This document shows, in pieces, positions 38,265 to 52,000 of a stretch of 64,000 nucleotides of DNA; within the stretch, counting starts at the first letter, position 1, and each line of letters begins with the position of its first letter. The DNA comes from Squalus acanthias. Its lineage: Eukaryota. The translations under genes were made by a program, and so were the position numbers. The stretch spans positions 90,336,001 through 90,400,000 of the forward strand of contig CM059432.1 in NCBI GenBank assembly GCA_030390025.1, written 5' to 3'. The notes beneath the pieces were generated by a model. That model was not told where the DNA came from. It saw nothing but the letters and a program-made list of their open reading frames with translations, and did not search any database.

Positions 38265-40235
38265 CATGGAGATACAGCATAGGAGGCGGCCATTTGGCCC
38301 ATCGTGCTTGTGCCAGCTCCTTGGTAGCACTATCCAATTAGTCCCCCCCCCCCTGCTTTTTCACCATAGCCCTGTATTTTTTTTCCCGTTCAAGTATTTA
38401 TCCAATTCCCTTTTGAAAGTTACTACTGAATCTGCTTCCAGCACCCATTCCAGAATGCAGTGCATTCCAGATCATAACAACTCGCTGCGTAAATTTTTTT
38501 TTTCCACATGTCGCCTCTGGTTCTTTTGCCAATCACCCTAAAATCTGTCCTCTGGTTTCTGACCCTGCTACCAGTGGAAACAGTTTATCCTTATTTACTC
38601 TATCAAAACATGTCATGATTTTGAACACCTCTATTAAATTTCTTCTTAACCTTCTCTGCCTTAAGGAGAACAACCCCAGCTTCTCCAGTCTCTCCACATA
38701 ACTGAAGTCCCTCATCCCTGGTACCATTCCAGTAAATCTCTTCTGCATCCTCTCTAAGGTCTCGGCGTCTTTCCTAAAGTGTGGTGCCTAGAATTGAACA
38801 CAATACTCCAGCCGAGGCCTAACCAATGTTTTATAATTTCCTTGCTTTTGTACTCTACACCTCTATTCATAAAGTCGAGGATCCCATCTGCTTTTTTAGC
38901 AGCCTTCTCAACTTGTCCTAAAACCTTCAAAGATTTGTGTATATATACCCCCAGGTCTCTCTGTTCCTGCACCCCATTTAAAATTATACCATTTAGTTTA
39001 TATTGTCTGTCCTCATTCTTCCTACCCTACCAAAATGTATCACTTCACACTTCTCTACGTTAAATTTCATCTGCCATGTGTCTGCCTATTTCACCAGTCT
39101 GTCTATGTCCTCCTGAAGTCTGTTACTATCCTCCACATTGTTTACTACTTTTCTGAGTTTTGCGTCATATGCAAACTTTTAAATTATACCCTGCATACCT
39201 AAGTCCACGTCATTAATATATAGCAAAAAGAGCAGTTGTCCTAATACCGACCTCTGGGGAACACCACTGTATACTTCCCTCCTATGTCCCTGTAAGGTGC
39301 ACAGGAGTGTGGCCACGCAGCGATCTGTAAGGTCCCGCGCACTTAAATTCACAGGCCGTGGAGTGAGCTGGAGTGGGGGGAGGGGCCCAATACCCAATGA
39401 GCGAGAAAAAGTCACCAGTGGCCTAGACAAAGATGGCCCCTACGCACCACATAAAGCAGAACTCTTGTCCACACTAAGATGGCGACACACGTGCCCTAGA
39501 CAACGATGACGGCGTTGCTCAATGAGCAAAGCAGCAGGACCTCCGCCCTGCCTAAATATGGCGGCACCCGCACACCAGGCAGCAAAAGCGGCTCTGGCGC
39601 CCCGTACCAAGATGGTTGCCGGGCCTTATCTTATCCAATATCGCTACTACCTCCTCCTTTACTATATTGGTCTTCTCTAGTGAAGACCGATGCAAGGTAT
39701 TCATTTATTATCTGAGCCATACCCTCAATGTTCCATCTATTTTTTTTTGGCCTACACGCCCCCTTTAATGGGCTGTGCGGGCATTTAAAATTCCATGCAT
39801 GCGTGATTTTTCTATTTAAAAGCCGGCTCACCGGGAACAAAGGGAACATTGCATACTTTCTCCCTCCACAATAAGATCTTTTTTGTCTCTAATCGGCCCC
39901 ACTCTTCTTTTGACTGCCCTTTTATGATTTATATGTCTATAAAAGACTTTTGAGTTCCCTTTTATATTAGCCACATATCTATTATACTACTCTCTTTTTG
40001 CTCCACTTATTGTCTTTTTTAGATCTCCTCTGCACTGTATTCAGCTTGGTTCTCTACTGTATTATGAACCTTACATTTGTCATAAGCCTCCTTTTTCTGT
40101 TTCATTTTAATCTCTATATCTTTAGTCATCCAGGGAGCTCTACCTTTGGATGCCCTTCCTTTCTCCCTCGTGGGAATGTGTCTACTCTTTACCGGAACCA
40201 TCTCCTCCTTGAAGGCCTCCCAATGTTCAATTATT
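38265..40235 (-). mobile_element. CR1 fragments interrupted by hAT-like pieces
   Basis: ORFs 38533..38748, 38754..38972, the end of 39179..39430 (SGVPQRSVLG) and 40019..40414. Confidence 0.8.
39726..39851. mobile_element. hAT-type MITE related to 5571-5720
   Basis: Ends CAATGTTCC / GGGAACATTG; decayed 8-bp TSD CATACCCT / CATACTTT. Confidence 0.75.
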
Positions 40236-40966
40236 GTTTTGTGCCTGTTATTCCATGTAGCCACAGTATTACCACCAAAAAACGTATGGAATGATAAGAT
40301 TACCCAAAAGTCATCAGCTTTGATTAAAAAAAAGTGCAACAAGACCTTGTTTGCAGAGTCTATGTCCATATGTAATAATTCAAAAACATGGTCAAATTGA
40401 ATTCTAATAATCAACTAAAGTACAAATGATTGAAACAAAACATTTTTTAATCCTCTCTCCAAATTAAAAGATCAAAGTTTCCAAATTCTGTTTATTAGGA
40501 AAAAAGAGAGTTAAAGGATTTAAGTATCAATGAGATGTCCTCAGTCAAGAGCTGAAATTATTTTATATAATCTGAAATACCTGAACAATGACAACATTTG
40601 GCACAGCAACAAAATACTGTCGCATGGATATATAATATGCAGTAAAACGATATACTTATTGTAACATACAATATGTATGTTTTCTAGATGAAGACTGTGG
40701 AATGAGAAACTCAACTGGGAAAGCAGTTTTCAAAATATTTGTTTAAGAAAAAATAATAGCTGAATCCCAGTACTATAATTTTCCCAAGTATCGTCATTGT
40801 TTTACAACAATACGCTGGAGAGCCTGAAAATTGATAATGCTCTCACTATTTTCTACAGGTGGCAGATATTACCCAAATTATTTGGCTGGAGGCAAAATGT
40901 GCTATTACACATTTTTTTTTAGCACAACACATTTCTATTCATTAGGAAATTACTAATCACGTTTCC

Positions 40967-41428
40967 TTGCTCAAGAAGCTCGACATCATCCAAGACAAAG
41001 CAGCCCGCTTGATTAGCACCCCATCCACCACCTTAAACATTCACTCCCTCCACCACCGGCATACCATGGCTGCAGTGTGTACCATCTACAAGATGCACTG
41101 CAGCAACTCGCCAAGGCTTCTTCGGCAGCACCTTCCAAACCCGCGAACTCTACCACCTAGAAGGACAAGGGCATCAGGTGCATGGGAACACCACCACCTC
41201 CAAGTCACACACCATCTTGTCTTAGAAATATATCGCCGATCCTTCATCGTCGCTGGGTCAAAATCCTGGAACTCCCTCCCTAACAGCACTGTGGGAGTAC
41301 TTCCACTACACGGACTGCAGCGGTTCAAGAAGGTGGCTCACCACCACCTTCTCAAGGGCAACTAGGGATGGGCAATAAATGCTGGCCTTGCCAGCGACGC
41401 CCACATCCAATGAACGAATAAAAAAAAA
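40967..41428 (+). mobile_element. LINE family B 3' end
   Basis: ORF 40967..41365 ends HHHLLKGN*; stem-loop and A-tail follow. Confidence 0.9.
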
Positions 41429-41689
41429 TCAGCAAGGTATGTCAGGGGAAAAAATTAACAAAAATACAGATCACGGAGAACTGCTTCCTGTAATATCATC
41501 AATTACCACTAAGAAATTTTGATTCAGGCCTTTTTTAAACTTGTTTTTAGCCAATCTGAAGGCAATTAAAAAAGTGGGTTCTATGCTCTACATGAACAAT
41601 GGGACCTGAAGGACAGGAGAAATGATGCAAGGTAGAGTATTTCAAGATTTTTGTTTGGGGGGGGGGGGGAGTTTATAGAATAGTTAAAA

Positions 41690-43762
41690 AACATAGAATC
41701 ATAGAAATTTACGGCACAGTAGGAGGCCATTCGACCCACTGTGTCTGTGCCGGCCAAAAATGAGCTATCCAGCCTAATCCCACTTTCCAGCTCTTGGTCC
41801 GTAGCCCTGTAGGTTACGGCACTTCAAGTGCATGTCCAAGTACTTTTTAAAATGCGATGAGGGTTTCTGCCTCTACCACCCTTTCAGGCAGTGAGTTCCA
41901 GACCCCCACCACCCTCTGGGTGAAAAAAAGTTCTGAACACCCCTCTAATCCTTCTACCAATTACTTTAAATCTATGCCTCCGGTTATTGACGTCTCTGCT
42001 AAGGGAAATAGGTCCTTCCTATCTACTCTATCTAGGCCCCCCTCAACTTTATACACCTCAATTAAGTCTCCGCTCAGCCTCCTGTGTTTCAAAGAAAACA
42101 ACCCCAGCCTATACAATCTTTCCTCATAGCTAAAATTCACCAATTCTGACAACATCCTTGTAAATCTCCTCTGTACTCTCTCTAATGCAATCACATCTTT
42201 CTTGTAATGTAGTGACCAGAACTGTACGCAGTACTCTAGCTGTGGTCTAACTTGTGTTTTATCCAGTTCAAGCATAACCACCCTGCTCTTATATTCTATG
42301 GCTTGGCTAATAAAGGAAAGTATCGCGTATGCCTTCTGAACAACCTTATCTATCTGCCCCGTTACCTTCAGGGATCTGTGGACATGCACTCCAAGGTCCC
42401 TCTGTTCCTCTACGCTTCTCAGTATTCTACCATTTATTGTATATTCCCTTGCCCTGTTAGCCCTCCCCAAATGCATTACCTCAGACTTCTCCGGACTGAA
42501 TTCCATTTGCCACTTTTCTGCCCACGTGACCAGTTCATTGATATCTTCCTGCAGTCTACAGCTTTGTTCCTCACTATCAACCACACGGCCAATTTTTGTA
42601 TCACCTGTAAACTTCTTAATCATGCCCCCTACATTGACGTCTAAAGCATGGATATATACCACAAAAAGCAAGGGACCTAGTACTGAGCCCCGCGGAACCC
42701 TACTGGAAACAGCTTTCCAGTCACAAAAACACTCGTCGACCATTGCCCTTTGCTTCCTGCCACTGAGCCAACTTGCCACTTTCCCTTGGATCCCATGGGC
42801 TTTTACTTTTCTGACCAGTCTGCCATGTGGGACCTTGTCAAAAGCCTTGCTAAAATCCATGTAGATTACATCAAATACACTACCCTCATCGACCTTCCTT
42901 GTTACCTCCTCAAAAAATTCAATCAAGTTAGCCAGACACGACCTTCCTTTATCAAATCTATGCTGACTGTCCTTGATTAATCCGTGCCTTTCTAAATGAC
43001 GATTAATACTGTCCCTCAGAATTTTTTCCAATAATTTGCCCACCACCGAGGTTAGGTTACTCGGTCTATCCCTTCCTCCCTTTTTAAACAACGGTACAAC
43101 GTCAGTAGTCCTCCAGTACCACACCTGTAGCCAGAGAGGATTTGAAAATGATGGTCACAGCTTCTGCTATTTCCTCCCTTGCTTCTCTTAACAGCCTGGA
43201 ATACATTTCATCTGGGCCTGGTGATTTATCTACTTTTAAAGATGCTAAACCCCTTAATATTTCCTCTTGCACGATGTTGATCTCATCTAATATTTCACAC
43301 TCCTCCTCCTTAACTACAATGTCTGCATCGTCCCTCTCTTTTGTGAAGTCAGATGCAAAGTATTCATTAAGAACCATACCCACGTCTTCTGCCTCAACAC
43401 ATTGGTTACCTTTTTGATCTCTAATAGGCCCTAGTTATCCTCTTGCTCTTTATGTATTTATAAAACATCTTTGGGTTTTCCTTGATTTTACTTGCTAATA
43501 TTTTTTTCATGCCCTCGCTTTACTTTCCTAATTTCCTATTTAATTTCACCCCTGCACTTTCTATACTCCTCTAGGCTTTCTGCAGTATTTAGCTCTCGGC
43601 ATCTGACATAAGCTTCCCTTTTTTGCCTATCCTACCCTGTACGCCCCTTGACATCCAGGGGGCTCTAGATTTGGGAGTCCCACCCTTTTTCTTTGTGGGA
43701 ACATATTTGCTCTGAACCCTCACTATTTCCTCCTTGAATGCCTCCCACTGCTCTGACACTGA
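41690..43762 (-). mobile_element. CR1 LINE (RT and 3' end)
   Basis: ORF 41961..43124 is RT with catalytic FADD mutated to FTGD; ORF 43102..43383; (ATTCTATG)n-type tail. Confidence 0.92.
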
Positions 43763-43939
43763 CAATAAACAAAGTTAGATATAGTAACTTCAATAGAAGA
43801 CAGAATGAAGAAAAAGGAAAACTGAGGCAAGCAAAGCAGTGATCATTTGTTCACAATAAAAATGCATTTTTGAGTAGCTTTATTACCTCAGTTCCTCTAC
43901 TGCTGTAATCCTTATACATACATGTGTCATTTCCAAACT

Positions 43940-44415
43940 TCTTTACTCTAATGTTCTCCTTGCTGGCCTCCCATCCTCCTCCCTTCATAAGCTTCAAAAC
44001 ACTGCTGCACATGTCCTTTTCTGTATTGTTTCATTCCTTAATCACATTTGCTGACCTCCACTGGTTTCCTATCTCTCAAATGTATTAAATTTTAAATGTT
44101 TGCCCTTGTCTATGAAGTCCTTGACAGCCTTGCTCCACTCCTCCCAATTGTGGCCTGCCATTCACCCCCCCATCTTTTGTCCCATCATTGGTGATTGTGC
44201 CTTTAGTTGCATTGGCCCTGTTTCTGCCCCTCTCTCCCTAAAACTATTGGCATCTCCATCCCATTCCACCTTTAAAAATCTTTTCAAAAATCTATTTCCT
44301 CAAGCATTCACTCCATTTCTTCATGTGTCTCTTCCTTGCTCCACATTCAGTCCCAATCACCGGCTGAAAAGCACCTTGGAATGTGTTTCTACATTAACAG
44401 CATTATATAAATATT
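43940..44415 (+). mobile_element. Old L2 3' fragment
   Basis: LLAGLPSSSL.KL..., LHWFPI, GDCAFS..GP motifs. Confidence 0.6.
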
Positions 44416-45384
44416 AATTCAAACTGCACCTACTCCAAATCTCTAACTTTAAATCTCAGTTGTTACAAAATGGCAGACAAGATCTATCAAAACTACCCTG
44501 TACATTTACAGTTGCTCAGATTTAAAGGTGATATACAAGATATTCTGTCTATTTCATGCAACACTCACTAACTGCGCTGCACAATCCCTTACATCCTTTG
44601 TGCTCTTTATCTAGTTAGTTCCTTATTTGTGATATACATTCTGTATTTGGTAATTTCCCATTAGTATTCTCTGCAGAAAATCAGAAGCCGTTTCATTATG
44701 GGGAGTTTAAAGCATAACCCAGTCGTATATAGTCCGTACTAAAAATTGAATTCACAATTATTTTAAACGCATGTGAACCTCAGAAAAAATATTTATAATG
44801 TAAACTTTTTGTAAACCATCAGAGCTCATCAGAAGGCACAGCGGTAGGAAACGTGCAGCAAAAGGATAAATTAGAGGACGGGGGCAAAATGCACAAAGCA
44901 ATAGATTTTTAGGAGGCTTCTGAAGGCAAGTAGCAAGGTAGGTGGTTTTGATCCTTCACTAGAAAACGAGCTCCTCCATTACAAGAGTAAAATATCATTG
45001 CAGTCATCAACGTATTCTTGCACATTATAAACTGTGAAAACTAAATATGCTCTAGTAGCATGTTAACGCCAACCACCCACACCACCATGATTAAAGCAAG
45101 GTTCATTCCTCTCTAAATTTGAGGAGCTGCGGAATTTATGTGAAAACATTGGAAGCAAATTTGTAACGAACGTTAACCTTGTCCTAACACAACCGCTACA
45201 TAAACCTAATTTAGCGTTCTATTTAATTGAGAAACGAAACTGAAAGGTTAGGGCCTTTGGTGCAGGCAGCACCGAAGCTCAAAAGCGAAAACGAGGTAAA
45301 TCAGGAATTTACGCTCGACACTTTTCCTGATATTCGGCTGCAATACATTAAACAAGTTTCACCGATTTCAAGTCCAGTACCTAC

Positions 45385-45440
45385 CACCACTCCTCCCAGC
45401 ACCGCAGCAGAGCCTTTGTAACCAAGCGACAAGCTGCACT
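45385..45440 (-). other. PEX2: Probable PEX2 non-coding first exon (boundaries inferred)
   Basis: Minus-strand donor GTG|GTAGGT at 45385/45384, just downstream of an ETS motif in the CpG-rich promoter. PEX2 needs an upstream exon because its coding exon starts at an acceptor. Confidence 0.45.
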
Positions 45441-45975
45441 TCCGGAATCCTCGCAATACAAGCCAACCAATCACAAGGCACGCTCCAAGTGTCACGTGAT
45501 AGCGGTCTCCCTGATCAGACGGTCTCGAGATGTAAACACGATCGCTGGAACTGTTTGGCCGTTATCGAGGGTGTGTGAGAGAACAAAATTGAGCTTGTCC
45601 GTGCTAAACTTAATAAAGCCTGCTCCTTTTGCATTTTCTCTCTTGCACCCCTGATGTTGCTGTGAGCTGCGCAACTCCTTCACAGCTCTGCTTCTCCAGC
45701 CGGACTTGGGCCGGTGAGCCGCGAGGAACCCTGTATCAGTGACGTACGCGATTGACAGGGGAGCCAGCCAATAGAACGCCCGCTCGCGCGACCCTTTCCC
45801 CCAATGAGAGCAGAGGAAGCGGGAGTTCCAGCCAGCACCTTCAGTTGCTTTCAAAGTTCGGTGAACAGCTGGAGCGAGTGGCTCGAGACTCGGCTGGGGG
45901 ATGGGTGAGAGGGGTTGTTTTCCAAGTGTCTGACTATAAAAGTCTGGTGTGTTTTAAACGATAGAACCAAACATA
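45420..45975. promoter_or_regulatory. CpG-rich bidirectional promoter
   Basis: ETS CACTTCCGG 45437-45445; CCAAT 45467-45471 and 45768-45772; E-box GTCACGTGAT 45491-45500; CRE-like TGACGTA 45740-45746. CpG-rich and not repeat-derived. Confidence 0.7.
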
Positions 45976-46253
45976 TGGCTATTAGAGAGTCGGACGCGAG
46001 TGTCGGTTGTTCTGATAGAGACCAAAAGAAATTGTATGGTGGCGCCTCCGGCCATGCTGATGTTGGAGAAGGCGTTAGTGGTGGCTTGCGGCGGGACATC
46101 GAGCTCCTGGGAGCGGGAGGCAAGAAATCGTCGTTATTACCATCAGCAGCAGTCAGGCAGAACATGAAGCATTTGTTGAACGAATTCAAAGGCTTGTACG
46201 AGGAAAAACTGAGGCACCTAGAAAATAAAGATGAAAGTAAAGACGTTTTAAAG
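45975..46253 (+). CDS. Uncharacterised coiled-coil protein, coding exon 1 (93 codons; alternative ATG at 46164)
   Basis: MAIRESD...VRQNMKHLLNEFKGLYEEKLRHLENKDESKDVLK then a consensus donor AAG|GTAAGT at 46254, phase 0. Confidence 0.8.
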
Positions 46254-47299
46254 GTAAGTAGTCTGCCGAAAACAGGAATAAATTTGTAACTGACAAAGAT
46301 GCAAAGTGTCTTTCTTGGTTAAATACATTCGAACAAATACACTTTTGGAAGATAAAAATTATGCAATAGATTATTGACATGGTACCTTAGTTTTTTTTAC
46401 ATAGCAAATTGCAAGTGGAAACAAATGATGTCCATCTCCCTCAGAAAAATCTAAGAGGAAATAACACAATTACAAAGCAAATAAATTGTTGAAAAACATT
46501 ATTTGAATGGGGAGCATAGAGTCCAATTGCAGATTTGTGGATGTTTTGATTACTTTGTCCTTCAACCTCCCATGTTAAACTTTGAAATGCAGAACTTGTA
46601 TTGCTTGACGCCAAGCTCTGCTTATTTCCCCATATCCAATTGGTTACCAACACTGCTTTCGTTCATTATTGCCTGCTTCCGCCCCTATGTGCCAACCACT
46701 GCTGTGGGAAACCCTAATCAGTTTCTTTATCGCCATGAGGCTCAATTTCACTAATACTTTTGAACCAATATGCCTTGCCTGGGTTTTCTACTTTAGCCAG
46801 GAGGTCATGGAATTTCTAATCGTATGCTGATATGGATAGCTAAATTCTTGCCTCACTAAATTAGATACTTCAGACTTACCAAACTTCATAAATGCCTCAC
46901 CTGGGAGACAATCTGGTACAATGAGAGGGCAGAAAGGTCTTGCCTTCCCTCCAGCCAGAGGAAGACTTTGATACTATAGATTGATGCATGAACGCATGTG
47001 GCCTGTAATAGGAAAGGCTAGTGCCAGTTAGTTTAAAGATTACTGACTTATACATGGAATTTGGCCTGTTAGCAGTGATAGAGTGGCATTCTTTGTTATT
47101 TCTGATGTTATGGGGATCACTAGTTTTGTATGTGCCTTTCCCTCAGCATCAAGAGTGTCCTGCTCAAAACACCAACCACATTCTTTGTAATTGCAACCAT
47201 GGGCCCTATCCTTGATTGATCTGTCTGTGGCATTCACTCCATCCACTCTCTTTTTTGTAATTCACCTCTGTAGGATGACTGTCCTTGCTTGGTTCCAGC

Positions 47300-48010
47300 G
47301 CAAGTAGCACATCTCCCATAATGGTTTATTTTCCTGCCCTTGGGTGTGTGCGAAGGATACTTCCTGGCCCTCTTTTCCTCAATGACTTACTGACCCTTGA
47401 TGGCATTATCCATGGGTATGGTGTTAGCTTCCACATGTATGCTGATAACACCCCACTCTACATCCCTGCCACCACCTAGACTTCATGATTACTACTATGC
47501 TTCCCTGATGTTGGGTGTGAATGAGCAAGAAATTTCTTTCACTTATCCTGTTCAGCTCCTGCCAAATCCTCTACGTCTTGGGCCTGGTCTGTTATTATTT
47601 AAACTGGACACTGAGATTGCACACCACAGATTCACCCATTATGCACAAGCTCAGTGTCCAGTTTCACATAGAGTTCCGCTTGAAATTGTACATACAAAAC
47701 ATCACTAAGGTTGCCTATTTTCATCTCTGTAGCATTACCCACCTCTAATCTATCTCACCCCAATGCCACTGAAATCTTCATCTATGCATATTTCAACCTC
47801 TAGGCTCAACAGTTATCTCCTTGCCAGCTTCCTGAAATTGAACCCTACATAAACTACAAGTCCATTAAAACTCTGCTGCACAAATTGTCATCTTTGTCTT
47901 TGCCAACTGCCATTGGCTCCCCAACACATCAAATCAAATAAATGGCCTTGCCCCTCCCTACATCTGCAAGTTCCTCCAGTCGTATGCATCTGTGCATTCC
48001 TTTTGCTCTT
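47300..48010 (+). mobile_element. Very old L2 RT fragment
   Basis: ILPGPLF...IIHGYGVSFHMYADNTPLY (YADD motif); ITKVAYFHL. Confidence 0.7.
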
Positions 48011-49021
48011 CCAACTTAAAAAAAATTCATTTTTGGGATATGGGCGTCGCTGGAAAGGCCAGCATTTATTGCCCATCCCTAATTGCCCTTGAGAAGATGG
48101 TGGTGAGCTGCCTTCTTGAACCGCTGCAGTCCGTGTGGTGAAGGTACTCCCACAGTGCTATTAGGTAGGGAGTTCCAGGATTTTGACCCAACGGAGATAT
48201 ATGTTCAAGTCGGGATGGTGTGTGTAACTTGGCGGGGAATTTCTTCTAGCTGGTGGAGGTCGTGGGTTTGGGATGTGCTGTCGAAGAAGCCTTGGCGAGT
48301 TGCTGCAATGCATCCTGTAGATAGTACACACTGCAGCCATGGTGTACCGGTGGTGGAGGGAGCAGATGTTTAAGGTGCTGGATGGGCTGCTGATCAAACA
48401 GACTGCTTTGTCCTGTATGAGAAGATTCTTGAGTGTTGTTGCAGCTGCACCCATCCAGGAAAGTGGAGAGTATTCCATCACACCCCTGACTGATGCGTTG
48501 CAGGTGGTGGAGAGGCTTTGGGGAAGTCAAGAGATGAACGCCTCATCAAAGAATGCCCAGCCTCTGGCCTGTTCTAGTAGCTACAGCATTTATGTACCTG
48601 CACCAGTTGAAATTCTGGTCATTGGCAATGCCCAGGATGTTGATAGTGGAGGATTCGGCAATGGTCCTGCCATTGAATGTCATGGGACAATGGTTGGACT
48701 CTCTTGTTGGCGATGGTCGTTGCCTGACGCTTGTATGGGCCGAAAGTTACATGCCACTTATCAGCCCAAGCCTGGATGTTTGTCCAGATCTTGCTGCATG
48801 TGGGCATGGACTGCTTCATTATCTAAGGAATTGCAAATGGAGCTGAATCCTGTAATCATCAGTGAACAGCCCCACTTCTGTGGGAGGGAGCAGGCAAGTC
48901 GGAGCACCTCCTCATAGGACTGCTCCTGGGCCTGGCCGAGGTGGCCATAAACAGGTCCAGGCAGCGGGCGGTCGAGGGGGTCGCTCGGCCCGACTACCTG
49001 CCTCTCTTCCGCGGCTACATT

Positions 49022-52000
49022 CAGGGTTTTCAGGCGAGATAGACAGAGGGTTAAAAAAGGAGGGGGGGTCGCAGTATTGATTAAAGAGACAATTACAGCT
49101 CTGAGAAGGGATGATGTTAGAAGGATCATCAAATGAGGCCATATGGGTTGAACTAAAGAACAAAAAAGGGGCAATCACACTGCTGGGAGTGTACTATAGA
49201 TCCCCAAACAGTCCGAGGGAGATAGAAGAGCAAGTTCTTAGGCAAATTTCTGACAAGTGCAAAAACAATAGGGCAGTAATAGTGGGGGATTTCAATTACC
49301 CCAATATTAACTGGGATACTACCAGTGTCAAAGGTATAGAGGGCACAGAATTCCTAAATTGCATTTTGGAGAACTTTTTTAGCCAATACGTAGCAAGCCC
49401 AATAAGAGGGGGTGCAGTTCTGGTTTTAGTTTTAGGGAATGAAGCTGGGCAGGTGGAAGGAGCATCAGTGGGAGAGCATATTTGTGGTAGTGATCATAAT
49501 TCAGTTAGTTTTAGCATAATTATGGATAAGGACAAAGAAAAAACAGGAGTAAGGGTTCTAAATTGGGGGAAGGCCAATTTTACTAGGTTGAGAAGTGATT
49601 CAGCAAAAGTGGACTGGAAACAGTTACTTGAAGGTAAATCAGTGTCGGAGCAGTGGGAGACATTCAAGAGGGAGATACATGGAGTTCAGGGTAAACATGT
49701 TCCCACAAAGAAAAAGGGTAGAACTGCCAAAATTAGAGCCCCCCGGATGACGAGGAACATGCATGGTAAGATAAGGGAAACCTATATCAGATATCGTGAG
49801 CTCAATACTGCAGAAAGCCTAGAAGAGTATAGAAAGTGTAGGGATGAAATTAAGAAGGAAATTAGGAAAGCAAAAAGAGGACATGAAAAAATACTGGCAA
49901 GTAGAATCAAAGAAAACCTGAAGATCTTTTATAATTACATAAAAAGCAAGTGGATAACTAAGGAAAGAGTAGGGCCTATCAGGGACCAAAATGGTGATCT
50001 ATGTGTGGAGGATGTGGGTAAGGTACTTGATGACTACTTTGCAGCTGTATTCACAAAAGAGGGGGACGATGCCTACATTGAAGTTAAGGAGGAAGATAGT
50101 GAAATATTGGACGGGATAAACATAGTAAGAGAGGAAGTATTAAGGGGTTTAGCATCCTTGAAAGTAGATAAATTGCCAGGGCCGGATTAAATATATCTGA
50201 GGCTATTAAAAGAAGCAAGGGAGGAAATTGCGGAGGTTCTGACCATAATTCTCCAATCCTCCCTGGCTACAAGAGTGGTGCCAGAGGATTGGAGAACTGC
50301 TAATGTTGTTGTACCATTGTTTAAAAAGGGAGGAAGGGATAAACCGAGCAATTACAAGTCAGTTTAACCTCGGTGGTGGGCAAATTACTGGAATCAATTC
50401 TGAGGGACAGTATAAACCTTCATTTAAAAAAAAATTATTAGTTTATGGGATGTGGGCGTCGCTGGCAAGCCAGCATTTATTGCCCATCCCTAATTGCCCT
50501 TGAGAAGGTGGTGATGAGCCACCGCCTTGAACTGCTGCAGTCAGTGTGGTGAAGGTACTCCCACAGTGCTGTTAAGTAGGGAGTTCCAGGATTTTGACCC
50601 AGCGACGATGAAGGATCGGCGATATACTTCTAAGTCAGCATGGTGTGTGACTTGGAGGGGAACTTGGAGGTGGTGGTGTTCTCATGCGCCTGCTGCCCTT
50701 GTCCTTCTAGGTGGAAGAGGTCGCGGGTTTGGGAGGTGCTGCCGAAGAAGCCTTAGCAAGTTGCTGCAGTGCATCTTGTAGATTGTACACACTGCAGCCA
50801 CGGTGGAGGGAGTGAATGTTTAAGGTGGTGGATGGGGTGCCAATCAAGCGGGCTGCTTTGTCCTAGATGGTGTCGAGCTTCTCGAGTGTTGTTGGAGCTG
50901 CACTCATCCAGGCAAGTGGAGAGTATTCCATCACACTCCTTACTTGTGCCTTGTAGATGGTAGAAAGGCTTTGGGGAGTCAGGAGGTGAGACACTCACCA
51001 CAGAATACCTAGCCTCTGACCTGCTCTTGTTGCCACAGTATTTATGTGGCTGGTCCAGTTAAGTTTCTGGTCAATGTTGATGGTGGGGGATTCGGCGATG
51101 GTAATGCCATTGAATGTCAAGGGGCGGTGGTTAGACTCTTGCATGTTGGAGATGGTCAGTGCCTGGCACTTCTGTGGTGCGAATGTTACCTGCCACTTAT
51201 CAGCCCAAGCCTGAACGTCGTCCAAGTCTTGTTGCATGCGGGCATGGACTGCTTCATTATCTGAGGAGTTGTGACTGGCAGTGAACACGGCAGTCATCAG
51301 CGAACATCCCCATTTCTGACCTTATGTTGGAGGGAAGGTCATTGATGAAGCAGCTGAAGATGGTTGGGCCTAGGATACTGCCCTGAGGAACTCCTTCAGC
51401 AATGTCCTGTGGCTGTGATGATTGACCTTCAATCACCACAACCATCTTCCTTTTGTGCTAGGTATGACTCCAGCCAGTGGAGAGTTTTCCCCCGATTCCC
51501 ATTGACTTCAGTTTTACTAGGGCTCCTTCATACCACAATCGGTCAAATGCTGCCTTGATGTCAAGGGCAGTCACTCTCACCTCACCTCTGGTATTCAGCT
51601 CCTTTGTCCATGTTTGGACCAAGGCTGTAATGAGCTCAGGAGCCGATTGGTCTTGGCGGAACCCAAACTGGGCATCAGTGAGCAGGTTATTGGTGAGTAA
51701 GTGTTGCTTGATAGCACTGTCGATGACGACACCTTCCATCATTTTGCTGATGATTGACAGTAGACTGATGAGGCGGTAATTGGCCGGGTTGGATTTGTCC
51801 TGCTTTTTGTGGACAGGACAGACCTGGGCAGTTTTCCACATTGTCGGATAGATGCCAGTGTTGTAGCTATACTGGAACAGCTTGACTAGAGGCGCGGCTA
51901 GTTCAGGAGCACAAGTCTTCAGTACGATAGCCGGGATGTTGTCAGGGCCCATAGTCTTTGTTGTATCCAGTGCGCTGAGCCATTTCTTGATATCACGTGG

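Noticed and set aside
45915..46289. Single-exon 124-aa gene
   Set aside because: The listed start is a non-ATG codon and the tail VSSLPKTGINL is read-through of a consensus GTAAGT donor.
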